Counted from the first letter of the whole stretch, positions 48,801 through 61,508 are shown. The stretch: 61,517 nucleotides of DNA, filler included, from Rhabdomonas costata (GCA_019059605.1; 20 parts of 20 records of this genome joined end to end with filler, not necessarily neighbours in it), one strand, 5' to 3'. Notes: a model not told the origin generated them from the sequence alone. Made by a program: numbers and translations.

Positions 48801-49326
48801 CTGCACAATACGGAATGAAGCAACGGATGGTACTTAACCCGAAACCTTTCTGAATTGGATGGCAGCTGCCGCTGATACTTCTGGGGCGATGATGGCGCAA
48901 AAATGAGAGATACAGCCAAAACGATAATTCTGCGAAAATTGACCACGGAACCTCCAAGGCGAGTGATCACACTAAAATCACCAAACCAACCTGCATGAAC
49001 ACCAGACAATGCACACAAAAAGAGAGAGAGAGTTAGTTAATGCCTCGCTTGTGTGCCCCTGCAAAGCACGATTGCATGCACAGTCGCATTTAAGTAAGCG
49101 AATTCAATCACAGACGACAAAAAAGAAGAGCACTACCATACATCTCTTTACCTTGCATTCGGAACGAATGAAACCCCAAGACACCGCCACACCGCCACTC
49201 CAAACCNNNNNNNNNNNNNNNNNNNNNNNNNNNNNNNNNNNNNNNNNNNNTTAATTAATTAANNNNNNNNNNNNNNNNNNNNNNNNNNNNNNNNNNNNNN
49301 NNNNNNGGGTGTGGTGGGAGGGTTAG

Positions 49327-50581
49327 GGCTTCCGTGGCGGACTTTCTGCCCTTTGCCGGAGCGCAGCGACATGAGGATCTGGGTGATGGCCTCCCGGCGG
49401 ATGCTGCGGCTGAGCCAACCGTACACCTTCAACTGCTGCCCCTTCGAGCTCTTTCCCAGGGTGCTATTCGTGCAGCTGCACCAGTGGTGAGTCCGGGGCG
49501 CGCCTCGGGGGGGGGGTTGTCGTTTGGTTGCCTCCGCATGACAACCCGCTCCAGATGTCACTCCTTGAGGCGCTGCTCAGCTCCTCTTTTTGCAAAAAAA
49601 AAATACCAACGGGGTGTCGAAAGGACATACATGAAGCTTAAAAAAGAAATAGTAAATAGAACTCTGTGCGCTGGTTCTGCTCCGCCCCCGTCTTCCTTTG
49701 TCCTAGGGAGTCCTAGAGTGGCAAGCAACCTCGACCCTGTATCTCCCCAAAAGATATTCGCTTCTCCAGCCGGAGCCCCTCCACCATCACGATCCCCTAA
49801 AACAGTCAAGAAACATGAAGGATTATGCTTATGATGTGGCTCTTGTGCTGCGTTCTATGACCTCATAGGCAGATGCCACTGCATCTTCCCCCTCACGCCT
49901 GCTTCGCTTTCATCGACTTCACCCCTCAAGCTACGCTCGTGCGACAAGGGGGTTGGGGCGGTGCAATGCAGGGTTCTCCAGAAGCGTGGACGGCCCTTGT
50001 CCGAGCTTGCCATTCGTGACCCCTACTCCATTAATGACTATGAGGGTGTGCAGTGAAGGGAAATAGTCGGCCGGGGGTTTATGCCTTCCTGCTTCTTCTT
50101 TGCCCAAGTCCCTGTGAGTTCATCCCGGTTCGCACCCCCTCTTTGTCAGATTTTGTTCGCGCCCATTGAGCGCCTGAATTGTTTTGGTGTGTTTTCTTAG
50201 GAATTTGTCCGGAATATTCGGTTCGTTACGAACAGTGGTCTTTTAATTGTCCTCTTCTTTTTCTGTTTTCACAACTTTTCTTGCAGAGTGCTGCTCAGCT
50301 TCTTTTGTTGTCCGTTTTTCAACGTTTGCTTCTTCTGTTGCAGCGATGGGGTTGTTCGCGTACTCGCGGATGCGCGAGAGCTTTGCGTGGACCCCGCGGT
50401 GCCAGATGTTTGCTACCTGCGAGGCCCGTTCGTGGCACATCCTGCGCAACCACCAGAGAGCCTTTTACGAGTGCTTCCTGTACCGCCGCGAGGGCTTCAG
50501 CCATTGTGCCCAGCTGCACGGCAAGCCATGCAGTCGGCTGACCTGAAAGGAATTTCCAGAATTCCACATCTTCAGACCTGA
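49327..50581 (+). CDS. Hypothetical protein, last two exons (~49327-49486, 50344-50581)
   Basis: TG|GTGAGT donor and TTGCAG|C acceptor are in phase (QLHQC-DGVVRVLADARELCVDP); stop at 50581. Confidence 0.5.
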
Positions 50582-51946
50582 GGGCGCCTTGTGTAGGGCC
50601 CATCCATGTCACCGAGTCGCTCCATCGTGTCCTCCCGTCCTGTGGGAGTACGCCGCTTGGAAGGCAGACAGACTGGTTGCTCCCATGGCCACGTTGTGTA
50701 CCAGTGGATGCATCTGTACAGTCTGTGGTTTTTGCGCCATCATATGGAGGTGGTTGCAGACAGAGAGGGGGTTCACTGTGCAGCAGCCTTGCCGAGGTGG
50801 ATGTTGGTGACGCCAGGAGAAAATTATGTGGGGGAAAATCGTCCTGGGGTGCGGGAAATTGACTGGTTGGACGAAGGCTAAGCTTTGCTAAGATGCGTGC
50901 GAACTGAGAGTGTGTGGGGGATATAATAGTATGTGTGACAAGTTTTTTGTAAGACAAAGTCGATTTAAAAAAGGGGGTCATCGCTATGGGGGGAAATGGG
51001 CATTAAATTCACCCTTTCGCGTGCACACGCTTGTCTGGTCCTGTTTCCTCCCGATACTGATTGGTTACCATGAAGCGTTTCAGAAATACTCCGTTTCCTG
51101 CTACAATGACGCATGGGCCATCTTTAGGCTTGTTTTTCGCCTGTTCTTGGCCCATTTCGCCCTTTTTTAGGGCGATGCCTCCATGTGGTCCCCTGCCTCC
51201 GTTGCCTTTTCCTCCGTTGCCCGTTTCCTTTCTAGAACTTTTCTGGACGTTCTGACTGGTTTTGCCGTGGCCCCCATATGGGCAATGTTGGATTTGAACT
51301 TTATATGTTACTATGTTCCCCTGGCCCGGCCCTGAACCAGATATAGAATTATTGCCCATTATAGGTCCCTTGGTATTTCAAGTCATGTCTTTGTGTGTCC
51401 AGAGGCACGGGGTTCTTCTATTTCAGTCGCTGTGACGCTGGACCGAACCTTGTCTTCTTTTTCTGGCAACAATATCGATTCTGCAGATTCGGTGGCAATG
51501 TCCCCCCCCCTCCTGGGGTATGTGGCGTATTGTTGCGCCATTATCACAGTAATGATTTGGCAAACGGAGGCTGTGTTTTTTTTTTTTGGAATGACCATAC
51601 ATTCAACCTCTTGCCTGTCTCCCTTCGCAGCTGAAACGGCTGAACTTTGACCCTTTTTGTTTTGGTTTCCATAATTGACTGACATCTTTTTTGGACGGCA
51701 TTTTACCATGTCCTGCGCCCTGGTTGTGGTCAGCATGCTGGGCATTGTGCTGGTGTGTGCACTTGTGTGTGTGTGGGGGGGGGGTTGTGGCTACCATCGG
51801 CCTCCACACAACGAACGCTTCGGAAATGAAAGTTGGAGGTGGATCTCTCTCCGGTGGATCTTTTCCTTGTGCGGCGTATGTCAATGTCGGACACCATACA
51901 CAGAGATACATGTAGCAACTCCCCATGGCCCTTGTACTACAGTTAA

Positions 51947-52228
51947 ATTATACTATAATGAAATTATAGTATAATGGGTATATAATACCCCATTATACGG
52001 GCACCCCCCCCCCAAGTATCATTTCCCCGTGGTAGTGCATCACGAATGAGTCTCAGTCTCTTTTTTTTTCGGCTCTTCTCCGTCCCAGGAGTGTCGTTAC
52101 CTTTTGACAGAGACAGAAAACGCCCCCAAAACACACAAAACAACAATAATACCATTATAGTATAATGATATTATAGTATAATGGCTATAATACCCATTAC
52201 ACGGGCACCCCCCCCCAAGTATCATTTC
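51947..52228. repeat. Two ~78-bp direct repeats (51947-52025, 52154-52228), each opening with two 13-bp palindromes ATTATA[G/C]TATAAT 16 bp apart
   Basis: Palindromes at 51947, 51963, 52154 and 52170, each pair followed by a shared CCCATTA..CGGGCAC(C)nAAGTATCATTTC. Confidence 0.88.
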
Positions 52229-52429
52229 ACCCACTGCCACAGTTCACCTACCTTTATATGGCCTGTGCCATGTTCAAAAAAACANNNNNNNNNNNNNNNN
52301 NNNNNNNNNNNNNNNNNNNNNNNNNNNNTTAATTAATTAANNNNNNNNNNNNNNNNNNNNNNNNNNNNNNNNNNNNNNNNNNNNAGGGAACGCCAATTGA
52401 CAAACCAATCCACATGGAGCATGAGCGAC

Positions 52430-53100
52430 TTCTGTATGTGCCGGTTCAAATGTTCTGGCAAAACGTCAGCTTCATGCTGGACTCCGGGTGCAGCGACATT
52501 TTATCTCCTCGACTGTTGCAGATGCTCTCAATATGACACGATGCAATATGCACCTAGATATTTCAATGACCCAGGTGTGTAGAACCAGTTTTTCCGCCGA
52601 CACATTAGTTCGTCCTGTGTTGCAAATCGGTAACATCAGACTCATACTAGCTCTCAAGGTAATCACATCACAAATTCCGATGATTCTATATATATAGGTA
52701 TATTCTATATTATATATAGGTGTTCAGAGACGTCTTTCCAGGACTTCTACCGTCCAGATCGATATACCACAGAATTTACATCGAACACAGTACGAAGCCG
52801 CGTGCACACCGGTTGTACATGATGTCTCAAATTGATTATACAGAGGTCAGGAAGCAACTCGATGAGCTGATAGAAGTAGGAAGAATCCGACCGTATATGA
52901 GTCCATTCGTAGCGAGCGTCCTGATCCGAGACAAGAAGGACACGTCCAGTCGAATTGTAATTGAATCGAATCGCGGTAAATGACAAGTACCCGCTGCGGT
53001 GAATTGATGATATGCTGAATGTCTTAGCTGCAAATCTCTTCTTCACAACTAGAGCAGGTCTCAACGCTAGAGTTGGAAGGAGTTAAAAATGAGTACAAGT
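52430..53100 (+). mobile_element. Decayed Ty3/gypsy LTR retrotransposon pol fragment (aspartic protease and RT N-terminus)
   Basis: FMLDSG at 52471-52488. FRDVFPGLLPSRSIYHRIYIE...EVRKQLDELIEVGRIRPYMSPFVASVLIRDKKDTSSR, then KYPLR*IDDML after a frameshift or stop. Intronless and AT-rich. Confidence 0.9.
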
Positions 53101-54313
53101 TAAATTCTATCTTCAACTTGGTCAGTTGAGTGTCATCTCAAGAATAAGAGCAGTACGTTGGAAGCAAGCTGGGGCAAGCACCTGTGCATTAAGATCAATA
53201 GGCTTTGCTACTTACGTGTGACGTGGATCGTTATCTTCATTCCTCTCCTTCCTGTTGAGCTGGGCAGTTTGCAGGTTCCAATGCATTTACATTTGTCTTA
53301 TGCGTCAAAATTTCAGCAAAGACATAATATTTACTTGGTGATTTTTCTATCGAGATGTCGAAGTACTTCAAGCAATTAAACATGAGAAATTGAGTTTGGC
53401 ATGTACTGGGCATTGTATGAAGCTGCTGGATATTTTTCGAAATGTCTATATTTTACTATGCATTATTTGCAGGTTTACAAACGTGGAATGGGACGTAGAT
53501 GTATCCGAAAAGCGCATATAAGCCTTGTGGTAGCTTTCTCAGCTATAACCTATATAAGGTAAGTTCTTCCTATGTTGTGGAAAGGAACTCTAAATGCGTC
53601 AAAGGTGTTGATCTCCCAAAAGTAGTGAAGGAGTTGATGACCAAATACACAGTTACATGAGCATTCGTCCACCAGAAAATGTTAAAGTCACTCACATTAG
53701 CGGTATCAAATACTGCCTGTTTACAGCATCAAAATGTGCAAAAATGTGTTTCATTGGAATCTCTTGTCAGAAAAAAGAGGTGCAACATCAAGAGTAAAGA
53801 GGAACTGTCACTATTTAGAGATTATATCACTGCAGTTGAAATAGACCAATTTTGTTGCTGGTAGTTTTTATTGTCGGATGAGAGTGGACACGCAGTATTC
53901 AGGTTTCCTTCATAGTGTTGAGCTCAGTTTTGTTGGTAAAAATTGACAAACCGCGTTTACCATTCATCTAAAAACGTAAAACTCCTAACAAAATTAAACC
54001 AAAAGATCATTTAAAGCTCGAGATACCCATTTACATTACGATATTGATGTACACAGGAACGATTTTTGAAATCCTAACGTTCTGCATAAACTTACCCACA
54101 GTTCCTTCTCTTATCTGTGTTCTGTGTGTTCTACCAGGTGGTCATATATAGCCTCTTTAGCAGTCCTCGGGAACCTCACCAATTTTCGGTGGCCTTATCG
54201 TAAATGGTTGTTTAGAACCACATATTTCTGCCCAAACCTATTCTTTTACTATTCTCTTATTATCTTGGCGACATCGGAATTGCGACTTTAGAAACTAACC
54301 GGACAAAACCGGA

Positions 54314-54790
54314 TTGTACCGGAGACCTAACATTGACCTCATATATCTAGCTAAAGTGACGGTTTGTGGCTCATATTTGGTTTTCGGTATTTGGTATGGT
54401 AGTAATCTTGAGATAAGTTGGTTGGCCGCTTTGATGCCTCGGAGTCATTCTCTGAGCAGAGATATGGCAACTTCAAGGCCAACTTCAAGCTCCGATGATG
54501 CCCGGGCTTACGAGTCTTTGGTGATGGAAAAATGCATCCGGTGGTCTTCAGTGGATCACTCTGGTGGTGAATATGTCCGCCGTGAGCGATTGTGTGGCAA
54601 ACTAAAAGTGGTGTCTGCCCATGGCATAGACGGCACCTGTGGTCGGCTAAAGACCATACTCATGGCAAGAGGTGTTGTGTCTAAGGACCATCTGGATAGT
54701 AATTTCAAGGAGTTCCAGTGGCGCAGGAACCTCCTTTAGGATGCTGATCCACTCATTTACCTCCTTTCCTGTGTCAGAGACGATTGCCTG
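54314..54790 (+). mobile_element. Degenerate Merlin / IS1595 (ISXO2-like) DDE transposase
   Basis: LVFGI...SDDARAYESL...VDHSGGEYVR...HGIDGTCGRLK...VSKDHLDSNFKEFQWRRN matches the [ST]D-x-x-x-AY-x-x-L / VNHS / IEGxWxxLK / HLxxYLxEFxWRxN pattern. Similarity continues past TAG 54739 (DPLIYLL). Confidence 0.82.
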
Positions 54791-55572
54791 CACTGATCCT
54801 TGGTTTTTTTCGTTGCTACCCCTCTTGGCCTGTCGAGTGAACCTATGTCATATGTCGTAACGACACAAATGAGGGCTGAATTGGCTATTTATTTATTTTA
54901 TTTATTTTGATTAACCAGAAAATATGGCCTGAATTGGCTATTTTGTGTGGCTAATTAACACGGAATGTGGCAACAATCGTCATTTCGTGGGTTTGTCAGT
55001 GACAAAATAGCATAAAATAGCCTGAAACAAAGCACAAAGACAAAAACCGAGTGCAAAAGGAAAACTATAAAACGCGAAAACAAGCCCTAATTATTCACTG
55101 CAATGTGTTTTTTCTACCGATAACTGATTTTTCACTATGAGAAAACGATGCCCAGTAAACGTTTATCGATACCAAGCACAATGCCTTTTATTTTTAACGA
55201 TTCCCAGTATCATGTAAATGGTTACAAATACTAGACCTTTGTATATTGAAAATGATCATCGTCAGAAATATTGGGCAACGTGATTGGCATCGTACAAAAT
55301 GCGTTTAAAATCGTGCAAAATGAGTTGGCTACAGTGTAAAAATAGGCCCAAAATGCCTCACTNNNNNNNNNNNNNNNNNNNNNNNNNNNNNNNNNNNNNN
55401 NNNNNNTTAATTAATTAANNNNNNNNNNNNNNNNNNNNNNNNNNNNNNNNNNNNNNNNNNNNGGGGTTGGGTTAGCCTGTTGGTTGCCGTGTGGCCGTGG
55501 CCGTTTCTCTATTGGGGCGGAGCCCTTATTCCAACAGTCTACTTTCCGAACTTTTCGTCGTTTCTCTCGCAG

Positions 55573-56893
55573 GACCGCCTGAAGCGCGCATGCGAGGCCA
55601 ACGGCGTCTCTTATCACTGGAAGGGCCAGGTACGTGTGTTCCAGTGGCTAAGAATGAGAGCGTATGTGTCCTTGTGAACTTGTAAAGAGGAGCCATCTTC
55701 AAACACCCGCATCTGCTTTTCATGTCGCAGCACTGTTTATGGTCTGTAATCTCTATACCTATGGGCACTGTCTCTCTCAATTGACCGGAAACCCCGGTGG
55801 CTCCATTTCCAGCTTGAGCCATTCTGCAACAGGCCTCTCGCAGATCGATGATTTCTCCAGCAGACACACAAGCAAGACTTGCAAATGTGGATCCCGTGGA
55901 AACACCAACACAACCCAAAGAAATCTCGTGCCGTTGCGTATTCCCTTCCATTGTAGCAACTTGGAGGCCGTGAACCGCTTCCTATTCACAAGCTCCTTTC
56001 TGGCCCCAATGGTGAGGCCACCCTCACGGAGCTGGTCTCTCTCGCCTCAAGCCTCAGCTCCAGTCATAGCGCTGCAGCTGCCTCCACTTCTCCCCCGACT
56101 CCCTGCGACGGCCTTGGCCCCGGCCATGTCGTACTGATGTGCTCGGAGGGGGACTGGAGGGAGTGCCACCGCAGGTTCATCTCGGACTTCCTGGTCACCA
56201 CGAAGAGCGTAGCTGTGAGGCACATCCTGCCGGATGGAGTGCTGCAGGACCACGTCGTATCTGCCCCCGAGGAGGAGCTAAGCTATGGGGTAGCGGCCGG
56301 CAAACCAGAGGTGTTCGTGCAGGTGTTCCTGCCGAGCTTTCTTCTCACTAAAACTCGTATTCAAGTGGTGGCTGCTCCCAAAACCCACAAAATGAAGACC
56401 CAAAAGCGAATGGGACTTCTTCAGCAAATCAAACAGCAACAGTGGTCATAGGCTGAAGCGCTTACTGAGTTACCATCACACCTTTTCAGTGGCAGCGGCT
56501 CTTTTTGTAATCCCATTTCCATTTCCTTTTTTCATGTCGCAATTGGTTTCTGTGTGGTACGCTTTGGTCCAACGTCAGTTCATGTGGTTACCAGTTTGGT
56601 CGTCAAATAAACGCTGGATTGAATCTTGGGGTTCCTTGCACTTCGGGCAGCGCCTCTCTCGAAAGCTCACGTTTTTTCAGATGTGCTGATGAAGGCTCGC
56701 TGGTATTTCGCTAGTATTTTCGTTGTGTTGCCAAGTTGCCGTCCTCCCCTTGCAGCAGACTCCCCCTGCCATTCTGCCACCTTCGGCTTCCGTTGGGGGA
56801 ACCGCCGATCGTGTCTTGGGTCACCCCAAGCCACCCGCAAAGCCGTCGCCGGCGCGGCCTAAGCGAGCTGCACGATTGCAGGGCCGTTTCTAA
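55573..56893 (+). CDS. DUF488 family protein, middle and C-terminal exons 55573-55629, 55957-56310 (or 56322), 56756-56893
   Basis: DRLKRACEANGVSYHWKGQ|QLGGRE...VVLMCSEGDWRECHRRFISDFLV...VRHILPDG contains the DUF488 LGG and C-x-E-x5-CHR motifs. Phase-0 GT-AG introns. Confidence 0.88.
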
Positions 56894-58240
56894 GTCCTTC
56901 CACCGGACACAGGGACAGGGGGGTATTGCCTTGTTATGGATACGCCGGCGGAAATACTCAAGTGTTGCTTGAGCTTCCCTCGGCTCAGTTTTCTTTCTGG
57001 TTGTGAGTTTTTTGTCAAGCGCGAGGCTGTAAAAGGCCTCCTGCTCAATCCGGACATCTTTCTTCTGCTTTGTGCGCGTCCTCATTTTCTGTCTGTCCCT
57101 GTCGTTTTTCTTTCATTTCAGTTCTTTCTTGGGCGTGATATCCCTCTCTCTCTCTGTCTCACGTCTCCTTTTTGTATCCTTCGTTTGTGGTACTTTGGGG
57201 TTGTGTGTAATGTCGGAAGTTGTGCGTTCCTCTGTTAGTGCAGTTCCTGAATTGCCAGGTTTGGATGGTGCTTGCTTCGTGTCGTCCTTGGCGGCACAGG
57301 CCAAGGCCTCAGGCGCCTGAACCTGTCACAGCTTTTTCTTGAACCGTCCCGCCACCACGCAATGGTTCTCTGGTTCACGGTGCCACGGTTGGCCACACCT
57401 GTCTTTTTCTTTGGGGATTGAGAGTTCTTTGATGGTCTTCCACTTTTTTCTGATGTATTGGAGGATCACCGCCGTTCATTTATTGGAGGGTCACCAATGG
57501 ATGAAAAAGCCTCCCGAAGGCTTGCGATCTGGCAGAGTGCGTTTTCTTTCTTTCTGACTTTTCTGTTGTTTTCGTTTTTACTTTCAAGGCGGTTGTTTGG
57601 ATTTGTTTTTGGGCAGGTAGTCTGTTGCAGGGGGGGGGGCACGTCGAAACCACTTCTCGCGGATCAAAGGTTCCTCTCCTGGGCACCGTGTAACAGGGGT
57701 CGTCGGACTACACCGCACGCCGTGCAAATAAGCCCCGGAGCCCATAAACCCCCTAACTTTTTTCGAGAATAAGAACGAGTTGGGTCCTTGGGGTGGAATT
57801 GCCAAATTTTAGAGCCAGAAATTATGGCGAATCAGATTGGCCGAGATTAGCAGCTCTGCGAATGTTTCGTGGGGGTCCCGCTGTGGTTCAGTCTTGTGGT
57901 GATTGTACTTTTTAGGTTTGAATTTTCGGATTTGTTTGGATCTAGCGGGCTTACCTCCATGTTTGGGTTCGTTGTGTTGCGGTTGGTTACTGAAACCTTG
58001 TTCGGTTGCTGCCGTTACCGCTACTTCTACCCCCTTCCCCCCAATACACAGTTGACCGTTCCCTCGTTCAATGACGTCTCTGGTTCATGAGCGAAATTTG
58101 GGGGGTTACGCTCGATTTTTTGTCAGTTGCCTGGTCAGTTCCTTCTGCCTTTGATCTGTGTGTGAATCTCTCTTGTTCACACGGGCGCAGGCTTTGCTTC
58201 GCTTCTTTCTCTGTGTGGGCTGGGTGTCTCGGATTGTGCA

Positions 58241-58375
58241 ATGACTACTCTGCTGACGATTGGGCACTCGAGGCATCCCCAGCAGACCTTCCAGGACCTT
58301 CTCCAGCGCCATCATGTGCGGGCGTTGGTGGACGTCCGCTCCATTCCGTCGTCGCGGCTTCCCCACTTCAAGAAG
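58241..58375 (+). CDS. DUF488 family protein, first coding exon (lies downstream of the C-terminal exons)
   Basis: MTTLLTIGHSRHPQQTFQDLLQRHHVRALVDVRSIPSSRLPHFKK|GT contains the DUF488 TIGHS and LVDVRxxPxS motifs, with a phase-0 donor. Confidence 0.9.
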
Positions 58376-58714
58376 GTGTAGTACCCTCTCTTCCCGAACT
58401 GGCAACGTAAGTACCTCCCCCTATCGCCACCACACCCACCCNNNNNNNNNNNNNNNNNNNNNNNNNNNNNNNNNNNNNNNNNNNNTTAATTAATTAANNN
58501 NNNNNNNNNNNNNNNNNNNNNNNNNNNNNNNNNNNNNNNNNTTTTTTGATGCATCCAGCTACACCAGAAGACCATTTCCAGAGCCCTCTGTCACGGAGAT
58601 ACCGGCTAACCTTCGCTGGGACTTCGTCGTGGCGCGGAAGCTGTCGCGGAGCGGCTGTCTCTCTCCGGGTCCTCTGGTGGTTGCTCGCCTTCTGCGCTTA
58701 ATGCTGCCCAGCGT

Positions 58715-59964
58715 CAGCGGGCTCCTTGATGGCACTTGTGTTCGAGCGAGAAAGTTCTCCGGAAAGTAAAGCTCGGGCAGGTGGTGCTTGTCATTAGGGC
58801 GGTGGGCAGCTCCACAAGGAATTGTGTTCGAGGAGCAAAAAAAAAGGGTCATTACATTACATCACAAGACCACTCTGAAGAAGTGGTGCGCGTTTTCTGC
58901 AGTTAGTTAAGTGGGAAACCTGCACAAGCCCGACACACAGAGGAAAAAGACGGATCAAGGCAGCCCACGCTCCTCCAGAAACAAAGCTCCCATTTCATTA
59001 GAGCCAACATCATCAAACCCAAACCCTATGAAAGTGGGACCGACTCCTGACCTCCCCCCTTCCCAAGGAAACCCACCTGCGAGGAAATACATTCATCCAA
59101 AAAAAACTTTTCCGGGCTTGCGCAGGAGTGTCATTTAAGTTTCTTTTCACGGATGCTAAAAAACTGAATCTCTGCCCTTTGTGAATATGCGCAGAAAGGT
59201 CGTTGCGCCGTGCGGGTTCGGGTGGGCGTAGGTCTACGGGACGGGATGGGACGAGGGGGGGTGGTACCTGAGAATGTACTGCAGGAACTCCACGGCGTGC
59301 TCGCCAGACTCGCTGTCATCAATCACCAGGAGGTACACCAGAGGGGTGTTCATGGCGGCATGCCCAATCAGCACCCCAAGCCCAGAGAAGGACTCGATGA
59401 ACTACACCCATGCCGAGTCTCCCAAAAAAAACCAATTCCAACACACCTCCAGCAACAACAGCAGCGGAAGCGGCTCAGTTAACGATGGTAACAATTTCCC
59501 TACGCCGAGGAAAAGGCGTTTTTGCGTGGGGTATTAGGGGGGGCCTTAGCCTGGTAATACCGCTGAACGTCTGCCACCCCCCCCCCCTCCCCCAAAAAAT
59601 CACAGCCGTTTGGACTGCATCGGGTGAACAGGGGAAGGGTGGGTAGGATAGAACCAACCATATCGGGGACATAGAAAAGGCTCGGAGGGGAGTCACCACC
59701 TCTATGATGGGTTTTGTTGTTGTGAAAAAAAATCGGCATTCCTATGCAAGCTCCAAAGTTTTGGGTTGCATTTTTCGAGCCACTCGAGACAAGGTGCCTT
59801 AGGTCTCGAGCAGTCACAAAATTTGAGGTGATGGCTGAGAAACGTCGCGCGCGCGCACGCACACACACACACACGCCCGGTGCACCTTCCATGGTAGGTT
59901 GCTAGTGGCAATTCTCCCGGGGTGGCCCATGGCGACGATATCGAAGAGCAGCGCGTCGGCATAG
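58715..59964 (-). CDS. Hypothetical protein, C-terminal exons, boundaries approximate
   Basis: AG/GT-bounded YADALLFDIVAMGHPGRIATSNLPWK | FIESFSGLGVLIGHAAMNTPLVYLLVIDDSESGEHAVEFLQYIL | then a short last exon. No family recognised. Confidence 0.5.
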
Positions 59965-61289
59965 CTGTACCGGACAAGAGGGAAACCAGCACCGCAAGAA
60001 TGCATACATGCGCAGATCCTACACGGAATAAAATGCGACCCAAACAAATGTGATGCCGAACATGCAAGTTAAAGGCTCCGCACCACAACAACCTCCAAAT
60101 CCACTCCACCGGCAGAGCGCAATACTCTCGCCCAGATACTCCCGGGGTCCACACAGCATGAAAAACAACTTGGCAAAGCTCAAACCAAAAAAGGATCCTA
60201 CAAAGACAACTAATTCCGCATCGTTGTACCCTCTTCCCTTCGTGACCAACACTGCGTACATGACAACACAGAAACTGACATTTTATGAGCAAATTTTGCC
60301 GATTTTTTTAGTCTATTTTGCCTTATTTGGGCTATTTTCGCCTATTTGGGGGCTATTCTTTTTTCTTTGCTAATTTTGGCATTTTTTGAGCATTTTGTGG
60401 TTTTGGGTCAAATTTGAGGCGTCCTGGAGTGTTCACAAGCGAGCAAGGGAAGGTCATGGTGCAGGAAGAAATTTCAGGGAAAGACTGTACGTTAGGGTCC
60501 TCGTTGGAGCCCTCGGGCAATGCGCACCACCAAAGTTTCGGAATAATTTTCCATTCTTAACTTCGGAAAGGATATTTTGAAATCGAGCTTGTCACTTCTT
60601 TGCGCTTTTTTTAACGCTTCCACTTTTTAATCGTGTTTTTCGCATTGACTTCTGAATCTTCGTTTGAGAAGAGTCCACCGATTCTGATAAGCAAACCACA
60701 TCGCAAAGGTTGCAAAGGATGCCAATGGCATGGGAAGATTATATGACTCGTCTACTACCTCTTACATCGCTTCCAAATTTTCCGTTTTTACATTTCTTAC
60801 ATTTTGCGGAGTATTTTTGCACGTGCTTTTTCCCCGCATGCGACCTTCTGTGTGCCCTTGGACGAGCCACGTGGCCACGAAATACCTTTCGTCGCATTAT
60901 TGGAGTAGAAGCTACCCCCCTCCCATGGGATTAATTACAAACCCCCAACCACGCCTTTCAACCCATGTTCTGAAAGCACCCTGCCCGCAAAAAGTATAGC
61001 TGACCCAAAGCAAAGGCAAGCCATCACCGCACGCCAGGGGAGCAGCCCGACAGCATTGTCAACAACGGGCATTCCAAAACCCTTGGAACTCTTGTGGAGC
61101 CCTTTTGGTGGTCCAGGAACGCTCCACGGGAGCTGCCGTCAAGCAGGAAAAAGACCACCCATTACCGGCATCTGCCCGATTGGCTTCTGACTAAATTGTG
61201 TTCCCAACGCCGATGCGGAGGTTACAAAGAAGCTCCTCAAGTGAAGTCATATTCTGCTTGGGTAGAACAGCCAAGGCTGCCTTTTGGCA

Positions 61290-61508
61290 GGAGTTCCATG
61301 AAAATGAAGCCAAGTCTTCCTCCCTCCCCTCCTCCGCCTGGTAGCAGTTCGGCTTGTTTGGGGATTGCACGACCTGCACGCCGCCCCGGACTTGCTCTCT
61401 GCAGTGATCTCCACATGGGTATCGACGGGCTTATCCGTAAACCAGCCGAACTGCTACCAGGCGGAGGAGGGGAGGGAGGAAGACTTGGCTTCATTTTCAT
61501 GGAACTCC
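61290..61508. repeat. Terminal fold-back inverted repeat (65-bp arms 61290-61354 / 61444-61508), probable amplification artefact
   Basis: Perfect reverse-complement arms ending at the A/C-only tail. Confidence 0.9.

Noticed and set aside
52385..58441. Transposase, retroelement and DUF488 as a linked defence island
   Set aside because: DUF488 is on a different contig; the adjacency reflects size sorting only.
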